A DNA stretch of 63,985 nt from Octopus bimaculoides (Eukaryota). The stretch is from positions 61,505,252 through 61,569,236 of the forward strand of contig NC_068990.1 of assembly GCF_001194135.2 (NCBI RefSeq), given 5' to 3'. Positions 12,839-22,218 of the stretch are shown here, piece after piece (position 1 is the stretch's first letter; each line of letters starts with the position of its first letter). The translations under genes and the position numbers were made by a program. The notes under the pieces were generated by a model, which did not search any database, was not told the origin of the DNA, and saw nothing but the letters and a program-made list of their open reading frames with translations.

Positions 12839-12927
12839 GAGCAGTCAATGAACTGGCAGATGAGCAGTCAATGAACTGGCAGATGAGCAGTCAATGAACT
12901 GGCAGATGAGCAGTCAATGAACTGGCA
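12839..12927. repeat. 23-bp minisatellite, about 3.9 copies
   Basis: GAGCAGTCAATGAACTGGCAGAT repeated without spacers or mismatches; last copy truncated. Confidence 0.95.
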
Positions 12928-13029
12928 AGTGATGACTATCCTGAAGCTTCGCTTCTATGAATATCATCCTTCTACTTGCGAGGATGGACATTGCATGGAA
13001 GTTGTAGAGACTGTAAAACTGTTGCAAAG

Positions 13030-13145
13030 ATATAAAAGGATGAAAGGCAAAGTCAACTCCAGCGGAATTTGAACTCAGAACGCAAAGACAGACGAAATAC
13101 CCCTAAACATTTCGTCTGGCAGGCTAACGTTTCTGCCAGCTAGAC
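13030..13145 (-). mobile_element. SINE family A head fragment
   Basis: GCGGAATTTGAACTCAGAACGCAAAGACAGACGAAATAC...TTTCTGCCAGCT. Confidence 0.8.
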
Positions 13146-13198
13146 ACCTCAATAATAACAACAACAACAACAACAACAACAACAATAATAATAATAAT

Positions 13199-13709
13199 GC
13201 CCTGATGCAGTACCAAGCACTGGCTCTCATGGCTTCTGATCTTAACTGATTGAAAGTGTTATCATGTACATTGTTTTGTGTTGGTATAAAAGATGGGCTA
13301 CAGCAAATATTCTGCTTAATACCACAGATTTGGTTGTCAGTTGTTTGACATTAACCAGTTGAGCAGAAGTAGTGGGTGAGCATCATAGTCATGTGTTGAG
13401 AGGAATTCTTTGGGGTTTGAATAATTCATCCCTGTAAACATGGGTGTTTCATTCAACATCCTTAAACAGACCTTATTCAGGGACCTTTTGAGCTGGATGG
13501 GCAACTCAACCAGAATAAAATTCTAATAGGGGCTCACCTGCAAGGTCATGCACTGTTTATCATGATATGAGAACACCATATCGTGCACACATGGTTGTGA
13601 TGCATGTATCTGGTGTACCCTTATCAGATGGGTAGTCATGATGGGTATACTGGGCTTCATGTATTTGTACCCCAGTGTCACTTTGATGACATGCGCTGCT
13701 TTCTCACTC
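13199..13709. mobile_element. About 0.5-kb interspersed repeat flanked on both sides by (AAT)n, copy 1
   Basis: Alignable end to end with 51149-51689; both run GCCCTGAT(G/A)CAGTACCA...CTCTCA(C/T)TC between AAT tracts. Confidence 0.85.
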
Positions 13710-13769
13710 AATAATAATAATAATAATAATAATTGGGTAGATGGGAATCCTTAGCCACATTGGTGATAA

Positions 13770-14880
13770 ATTGTAAATGACCAAACCCTGGGATGAAGGA
13801 GGTTGAACCAAGAATTGGGAGCTAGCTCCTGACTCATGGTCGGATGAGGATACGGGCTCAACCGACATCACTTTTCTCTTGGTGAGAATTGTGAACATGA
13901 TCCTCAACACTCAGAAACGCAAATGGGAAAGACATTATTATGTGCCAAGGATCCTGAAAAGGGTAATATTGTATCCAACTTTCGACTTATAATCTGTCTT
14001 CGGTTAATGTGGAAACTATTGTCAGGTGCTTTGGCTGTTGAACTGTATGAATACTTAGATAGAAGTGGGCTGCTACCTATTGAAATGGAAAGGATGCCAA
14101 AATAGGAGCACGGCAATGAAAGATCAGCTGTTAATTGAGAAACTAATTCTCAGGAACTGCGAGAAAAGACACACAAACCTAAGCATGTCATAGATTGATT
14201 ATTGTAAAGCATACAATATGATAAGACTGTCTTGGATAAGAAGAACTATGGAAATGTATGTATGGAGTAGCAGAAAACATGTGATGCCTTATATGGAACA
14301 GTATGACATATTGGAGAACTGAATAGACAGCAGGGAACCAGGTATTAGGAGCGGTGAAAATCAAGAGAGTAATCTTCCTGGAGGACAGTGTATCTCCACT
14401 GATCTTTGTGCTGAGAATGATACCCTTGAATGAAATCCTGCAGAAAACAAAGTTGGGGTATGATCTGGGAAGTGATAAGGGAAAACTTAATTACCCATGC
14501 TATTCATGGATGGCTTGATGGTATTAACTAGAAGTGAGGAAGAATTGGACAGTCTAGTCCAGTCTGTGTGTATTTTCTCAAATGAATTCAAGATGGAGTT
14601 TAGACTTTCAAAACGTGCTACGATGGTGACAAGATGAGAAAAGCCTGTCACTTAACTATATACCAAGTGATGGAATGATGAAGACAATTGAACCTGAATC
14701 CGGATATAAATACCTGAGAATCCTTGTGATAGATGGAATTAAACACAACGATATCAAAGAAAAGTCAAAGAAAGAGTACATGCAGCGAATGAGAAAAATA
14801 TTGGCTTCAAAGCTGAATGCCAGAAACATAATTTTGGCAATAAACTTGTGTGCAGCCGCAGTAGTTCTGTATGGCGCATT
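13770..14880 (+). pseudogene. Decayed R4/Dong-like reverse-transcriptase fragment
   Basis: GKTLLCAKDPEKGNIVSNFRLIICL...KDQLLIEK...IDYCKAY...; later KSKKEYMQRMRKILASKLNARN; multiple frameshifts and stops. Confidence 0.85.
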
Positions 14881-16479
14881 ATTGTGTTCTGAGTTCAAAT
14901 TCTTCTGAGGTTGACTTTGTCTTTCATCTTTCTGGGAAGCGGGGGTCTAGGAAATAAGTACCAGTCAGGAAAGGAACCAGGGGCCACTATATTTCAGGCC
15001 TTGTGTCTATAACAAAAAAAGGGTTATTTTTTATATGAGGTAGCAGTAGTAGTTGGAGGAGAGTGAAATTCCAGAAGAGATAGTACTAGGCTTCAACTGC
15101 ATTCTATTATTTAACAATTTTGAGTTCAAATCTTGTCGGAGTCAACTTTAAGCTCCATACAGTCTGGGATCAATAAAACAAGTGTCAAGCTACATATCTG
15201 ATGCTGTTTCACTTAACTATATACTTTCTATAACACAACGGTGTCAACCAAATAAGTAAAAGTAAACAACTACTACTACTACTACTAGTAGTGGTGGTGG
15301 TGATCAAATAGTGATGGCGGTAGATTTATAAGAAACAAACTCTCTATGATCATGAACAAAAGAAAAGGGAAAAGGAATGAAAGAAATAACGAAAGAAAGG
15401 AAGAACAAATGAAAAATGATAGGAAGAAAGAAGACTTTCAATATTATCATTATTATTATTATCATTATTATTATTATTCCTGGTGTATAAAACCTGCATG
15501 ATCTCCTATAGGTTTGTTGTGTTTGTCGTCTGTGCCATGGTTGCAGTAATGATACAGCATTTGTCGTTGTCTATCGACGCCTTTACAGCTGAGCTTTGAA
15601 AGCCATTCCACTGTCTGATGTCAGGTCTTGTTGTTGGTCTGGCATCACGGATAAAAGAAACAACCGATGTCTTAATGGTGAAAGAATCTATTGATTAATA
15701 ACGTGCTATCAAAGTTTCTAAAGCAGCAAACACCAGCTGCTTGTGGATAATAACAACCAATGGGAAAAACGTATCTGATTTAGGATTCTACGTTGTTTCA
15801 TATTCTTCTCATTGTTATTGTATTTCCATTAGCACTATTGTTGGTGCTATTGCTGATGTTACATGGCTTTTATTAGACAGGGACAGAAATGGGGAGAGGG
15901 AAGAGAGGAGAGAGAAGAAATAAAAAGCAGAAAGATCTTCATTTCTACTGTTTAATGGCCCAAATTTCTTACCCTGTCATAGATTTAATCATTTCTGATG
16001 CTGCTTCGCAATAATGAGATAACAGGAATTTTTTTTCTGGGAATCACTGGGGTTGTCGTACAGAGAGCTGTTTAATATATGTATCTGAAAAGGTGGCAAT
16101 CTTACGAAGATGATTACGGCAAATAGAGCATACTATAAAGGAATAGTTATTAAATGTTATAAAAACAAAATTGGCACAAAGTATCTCCTCAGTCGATTAT
16201 TGATAATCTTCATCATTTTCCTCTTTGTTTTTATCATCCATTTAACCGTTTAACAGTCACGGGCTAGATGAACTTCAAATGTACAAAGAATATCATTACG
16301 CTAGTGAGGCCAAAATCTTCAGACCTGATTTTGTAACTTTCAGCTGAATCATATTTTATCTATTACGACTTTGAGTACCTCCCCTTATTATCAACCCATA
16401 GCACTGCTCTACCTTGCATTTATAACCATTTCCAGCTCTTGTCTAACCACCTATCATCAGCCTCAGTTATATTTATTGT

Positions 16480-16875
16480 TTTATCTTTTATCTCTTACTT
16501 GCTTCAGTCATTTAGACTGTGGCCATGCTAGGGCACCCCCTTGAAAAGTTTGAGTCGAACACATCAACCCCAGTACTTATTTTTTTATTTTTTTTAAACC
16601 TGGCACTTGTTTTATCGGTCTGTTTTGCTTAACCACTAAGTTACAAGGACTTATACACACCAACACTAGTTGTCAAGCAGTGGTGGGGACAAGCACACAT
16701 GCACACACACACACCACATGCACACCCACCCACTCCCACACGCACAACACACACACACACACACGATCTATGACGGGTTTCTTTCCGTATCCAATCCCAA
16801 GGCTTTTGTCGGCCCAAACCTATTGTAGAAGACACTTGTCCAAGTTGCCACACAGTGGGACTGAACCCAGTATCC
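16480..16875 (-). mobile_element. SINE family B copy
   Basis: Reversed tail CTCTTACTTGCTTCAGTCATTTAGACTGTGGCCATGC; head ACAGTGGGACTGAACCC. Confidence 0.8.
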
Positions 16876-16919
16876 ATATCCAGCTGATTTCTAAACACAC
16901 CCATACTCAGCCTATCTAC

Positions 16920-17330
16920 CAGGCATGTGCCGTCAGTAATTACTCAGGGTAGGCAGTTGGTGACGTATATGTAATAAATCACACAAACAAAATAAACGAA
17001 ACACAGGTGTGTGACTTAGTTGAAGGCAGATTTACTTCTGCCTTTATAGCGCGTAAAGAAAACATTGTTGTAGGAATGTACACAGCACGTGTACTACAGC
17101 AGTTATATGCATAGCTTTAATGCTGAGATTGAAAGTCAGGGGCAAATCATGCCTACCTAATCTACAAAAAAATATATATACATATTGTATTTTATGTATA
17201 GTAATAGGCTAACCTTCATAATTTTATTGAATTAGGTGCATATTTTTCCATAAAAGGAAAATGTTACTATCAATCTATTTTATTCAGGGTAGGCACAGCC
17301 TACCTTGCCTACCCAGGGGGCACGTCCTTG
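16920..17330. mobile_element. Non-autonomous hAT-like DNA element with 8-bp TSD
   Basis: CTATCTAC duplicated at 16912-16919 and 17331-17338; short imperfect TIRs CAGGCATGTGCC and GGCACGTCCTTG; internal CAGGGTAGGCA repeats. Confidence 0.75.
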
Positions 17331-17504
17331 CTATCTACTTAATTTATGTTGCACATCCAATTAACTGTGCTTTTTACAGTTGCTCATCACATTCACGATA
17401 CAGTTTTTAGTAGTGTACCCAGCCCACTTCTCACAATGACAGATAATGTTTCTGCTAACTCATTCCTGCTACTACCAAACCTGAATATTTCATATGCAAC
17501 TGAA

Positions 17505-17890
17505 GGCCTGACATGAATGTGTGGTAAGAAACTTAATTCCCAACCGCACGATTTGGGATTCAGTCACACTGCGTGGCACATTTGGTTTCTACTATAGCCT
17601 AGGGCTGACCAAAGCCCTGTGAGTGGATTTGGTAGATGGAAACTGTAAAAGAAGCCCGTTGTGTGTATGTGTGTATGTGCGTGTGCGTGTGTTTTACCTA
17701 CCACCACCACCACAGTTTGACAACTGGCGTTGGTGTGTTTACATCTCCATAACTTAATGGTTCAGTAAAAAGAGACGGGTCGAATAAGTACCAGGCTTAT
17801 AAAAAATAAATACTGTGGTCGACTTGTTCTTTAAGGCGGTGCCCCAGCATGGCCGCAGTCTAATGACTGAAACTAGTAAAATATAAAAGA
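17505..17890 (+). mobile_element. SINE family B copy
   Basis: GTGGTAAGAA...GGGATTCAGTCACACTGCGTGGCAC head; CCCCAGCATGGCCGCAGTCTAATGACTGAAAC tail. Confidence 0.85.
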
Positions 17891-17916
17891 ACTATTATCA
17901 ACCCTATTATTCTTTC

Positions 17917-18510
17917 CTTATTCTACTTGTTTCAGTCATTTGACTGTGGCCATGTTGGTGCACCGTCATGAAGGGTTTTTAGTCAAACAAATCAACTCCA
18001 GGACTTTTTTTTTAAGCCTAGTACTTTATATCTTTTGCTTGACTGCTAATTTATGGGGATGTAAACGCACCAACATCGGTTGTCAAGCAGTGAAGGGGAC
18101 AAACACAGACACAAAGACACACGCACATACATACATACATACGACTGGTTTCTTTCAGTTTCCATTTACCAAACCCACTCATAAGGTTTTGGTCAGCCTG
18201 AGGCTATAGTAGAAGACACTTACTCAAGATGTTACGCAGTGGGACTGAACCCGGAACCATGTAGTTGGGAAGCAAGCTTCTTACCACACAGCCACGCCTA
18301 TACATGACACATGTTATTTATATATGTACACGCACACTCTCACACACATATGACGAGCTTCTTTCAGTTTCCGTCTACCAAAACCACTCACAAGGCTTTG
18401 GTCGGCCCAAGGCAATAGTAAAAGACACTTGCCCAAGGTCCTGCACAATGGGACTGAACCCAGAACCATGTGGTCGAGAAGCAAAACTTCTTACCACATA
18501 GCCACGCCTA
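17917..18510 (-). mobile_element. SINE family B full copy (17917-18300) plus a second head (about 18335-18510)
   Basis: Two GGGACTGAACCC(G/A)GAACCATG...CTTCTTACCACA(C/T)AGCCACGCCTA heads in reverse orientation. Confidence 0.85.
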
Positions 18511-19260
18511 AGCATTCGTTACCTTCTTTTAATTGCATTCTTTTTCCTTTTTTTACCAAATACCGATGCTACTTTTGTAGAGTTAGAACTAGCTTTTTTG
18601 AGTCATACATAAGTAGTCTTTTGCATTTAAGAACTTTAAACAGAAGCAATACTGTTGTTCCTGACATGAGTAAAATTCTAAGCTGTTTGACATAAAAACC
18701 TCCGGCAAAATTACCTACTTAAGGGTACTCGTATTTCGTCTCTCGATTCGAGTGTTTAATGTAAAACCTCTCTATGATAGTATGCAGCGATCTTTCTTGT
18801 TTACATTTATCGAACCTCGTATGCAGTAAAATTTGATTCTCTTTTATACTCTTATGTATGTAAAGAACTTAACTGTCATATCAAGTTATATACGCTCACC
18901 CTCTACAATGACGGCATCTCTTTTTATTTAATAAAGCATCTTCTTTCACAGACGTCAACACGTGCAATCTAGATACATTGGAAAAGGCTTGCAAATAACT
19001 TCATAAATGTACACCCCTAAAACACCCTTCAATACTGACATCTTAACCATTCTCTTTCAAGAGTATTAAGAAAGTCGAGGAAAATCAATACCCTCTTCTC
19101 GGTGGGGTAGCTAATAGGGGAATGAGAGGGCAAGGGGCGCGACCGCTCCCGCCAAACACATTTTTCAAAAATTGGCACATTTTCAGCAAGTTTTTTTAAA
19201 AACTCTTTTGTTACTAAGGAAATAAATGAATGTAGAATACTATTATGTATACTGTAACTT

Positions 19261-20054
19261 GGATTTTTGTGATTTGACGGGCAACACTTGTTTTCTTAAC
19301 GAAACACTTTCAAACTTGGGACACTGGTAGAATGTGTCATACAAAACAACTTTTTCTCTTAGCCTTCTTAACAAAAAAAATGTACATCGCAAGTTATTTC
19401 ATGTTAAAGTTGTCATATTTCTGTAATTTCAACCAATCACTGACGTCTATTCAGCTGAATACAGTCAGTGCTGGCCGGTCATAAAAATGTTATTCCCTGT
19501 GACATATTTCATCCGGTTTAATCGTAATTTATACGCATATATTGTTTATATAATAAATTACGCTGTGCGTATCTGTGCGTGTATATTTTTCCCATAACCT
19601 CACTCATAACCCTAACTCCAACTCTAAAACCCGAACCCTAACCCTAAACTAGAGTTTGATTTGAAGAAGATTTGGTTGCTATTTCTAGGAAATGAAGCAC
19701 TTGGTGGAGGTGCATTAATAATTCTGGTAGCTCCAATAACAAGTGCAGGCAATATTCAAGTATTTTGATGGCTTTTCCCCCTTTGTTTACGAACAGTCTA
19801 GTTAATCGGAAATGTCAGAACTAACGGGGATTAATACCATATACACCATTACAGCACTTACTGTTTTCAACTGAATAGACGTCAGTGATTAGTTGAAATT
19901 ATCGAAATAAGACAATTTTTAACGTGAAATAACTTCGAATACAAAATTTATTATCTGTTCTATACCACAAAATATACAAGTATACGAAGTTTGAAAGTGT
20001 TTCGGTACCAAAAACACTACATAAAAAATGTTGCCCGTTAAATCACAAAGGTCC
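19261..20054. mobile_element. Foldback DNA element (MULE/Merlin-like) with about 210-bp TIRs
   Basis: GGATTTTTGTGATTTGACGGGCAACA and TGTTGCCCGTTAAATCACAAAGGTCC; flanking CTGTAACT(T/A) direct repeat (8/9-bp TSD); central degenerate CCCTAA tract. Confidence 0.7.
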
Positions 20055-20562
20055 CTGTAACTAATCTTGCGTAATAGAAGAAAAATGAGTTAAAAATTCT
20101 TTGTATGTGTCATGACACCTTTATTTTTATATTCTCGCTCCCGCTAACTCTAGAACTTGACAACGTCTCTGCCTTTTCTCATAGATACGCTGCTATCTCT
20201 CTTAAGGTAGCTACAAGTTTTAGATATTGACAATACTCCATATCTATATTTTGGAGAAAAAAAAATTCAATTTAAACAGCTGCCGTCCTTAAACAGAGCA
20301 CTTGTGCGACTAGCATTACAGTCCTGCCAACACAACTGGGACGAACGAAACAGCTTCGACACACGGGTATTCTAGATACCTGTTCGCAAAATGTCAACCA
20401 GATGCTTGGCAAAGATTCACCCGCTAATGCATTATGTTTCTATATCCATTCGTATCAGCTATAACATTCCACACAAAAATTCCACCATCGTCGTCATCCT
20501 GACTGTCTTATAATCTAGATCTAGTACAAATACTTCATCCTACCTTGTCTTTTTTTATTTTT

Positions 20563-20593
<31 letters not shown>

Positions 20594-20621
20594 CACACAC
20601 ACACACACACACATGTAACTA

Positions 20622-21024
20622 CGGAAAGACTTCTTTTGTATCTCCAACCCTATGAAATATTTTTAATATATTACACACGGTGGAAAATTGATTTCCTGCC
20701 ATGTCTTATAATAATTATGATGAGAAAGTCATAAAATTTAAGAATTTCTATTAATAAAAACTTAATTTCTGTATTATGTATATTCATGCCCCAAGGTAAT
20801 TAGGCAAATTTCATAGAGTTAGGCAATTTAGGCCTTAACGTTAGGCAAATTGGGACATGAATACACATAATACAGAAATGAAGTTTTTTAAATGGAAACT
20901 CTTAATTTTTATGACTTTCTCATCATTATTATTATAAAACATGGTATGAAATCAATTTTCCACCATGTGTAATATATTTAGAAAAATTTTATGGGGTTGT
21001 GGGGTACAAAAGGAGGTCTTTCCG
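20622..21024. mobile_element. Tc1/mariner-type foldback MITE, about 170-bp TIRs, TA TSD
   Basis: TA|CGGAAAGAC...GTCTTTCCG|TA; arms about 20622-20793 and 20851-21024; spacer of about 57 nt. Confidence 0.8.
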
Positions 21025-21026
21025 TA

Positions 21027-21362
21027 AATATATATGTCTGGCATTCCATCCGTCACAACGACGAGGGATCCAGTTGATCCGATCAACGGAACAGCCTGCT
21101 CGTGAAATTAGCGTGCAAGTGGCTGAGCGCTCTATAGACACGCGTACCATTAACGTAGTTCTGAGGCAGATTCAGCGCGAGACAGAGCGTGACAAGGCTG
21201 GTCCTTTGAAATGCAGGTGCTACTCATTTCTACCAGCTGAGTAGGCTGGAGCAACGTAAAATAAAGTGTTTTGCTCAAAGGCACAACGCGCGACCGGGAA
21301 TCGAACTCACGACCTTTCGATCGTGAGTTCAATAACACTAAGCACTATGCCACGTGCCTTCA
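21027..21362 (-). mobile_element. tRNA-derived SINE family C
   Basis: Minus strand GTGAAGGCACGTGGCATAGTG (A-box-like) ... GAGTTCGATTCCCGG (B-box); body shared with 53393-53925. Confidence 0.8.
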
Positions 21363-21826
21363 CTACACACACACACACACACACACGCACACACATAGAT
21401 ATAGAGAGAAAGATAGATATGTATATGTAAGAGAGAGAGTGAGAGAGAGAGAAAGAAAGACAAAGAGAGAAAAGGAAACTTAAAATTATTTGACTTAATG
21501 CTCCGTTTAGCTTTAAGGTGCGTACAAATATCGTTAAACATTTCTTTTATTTATTAGATATTTTCCGGAAAACTATAGACGTTATAAGACTTTAATTGAA
21601 ATAATGTCGAATTAAGTTTCAGTTATACACAGATTTTGGCTACAGAAATAGCAAATATTAACAGTAAAAATTGAAGACACCTATCTACATCCAATTCTTT
21701 TCATTTGTGCAATTGCTTTAATCTCATAAAATGCCCATTAAAAATTTATATCTTTCGACATCAGTCCATTATCGTGCAACTGTATATAAATATACAAACA
21801 TACATTCATAAATACACACACACGCA

Positions 21827-21858
<32 letters not shown>

Positions 21859-22218
21859 GAGAAAAAGAGGGAAAGAGACATTAGCTACAGGATTCATTAG
21901 AATCTAGGCACATCAACATGTAGGATGCCAACAATGGTTAGGTACAATAACATAGGGTCCACAGTAAGGTAAAACAACTATGAAGGTGTCATCTGCTGCT
22001 AGGATACTGTAAATATGTAAGTACTAAATCCAATTTAAACAGGAGATATGACTCAGGGCTGGTTCTAGGTGCTGCGTAGGTATAAAAACGAACACAAATG
22101 ATGTTACCGAAACAGCTGTCGTACATTTTAAGCCCTATTTGTGTTCTTTATATACATATGCCAAACTTCATGCGCAAGATATTTCTGAAAAAAATAACAT
22201 TGCTACATAGAAATCCTA

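Noticed and set aside
12839-12927. CRISPR-like array (also the 40-bp units at 4281-4400)
   Set aside because: Contiguous repeats with no unique spacers, no cas genes and a eukaryotic context.
17371-17516. Plus-strand terminal exon candidate after TTTTTACAG (about 45 open codons)
   Set aside because: No recognisable protein and no partner exon, and it conflicts with the better minus-strand exon; similar weak candidates at about 11065-11120 and 39277-39313 were also dropped.
19608-19650. True telomere or chromosome-fusion site
   Set aside because: Only a few degenerate CCCTAA units, enclosed within a TIR element.
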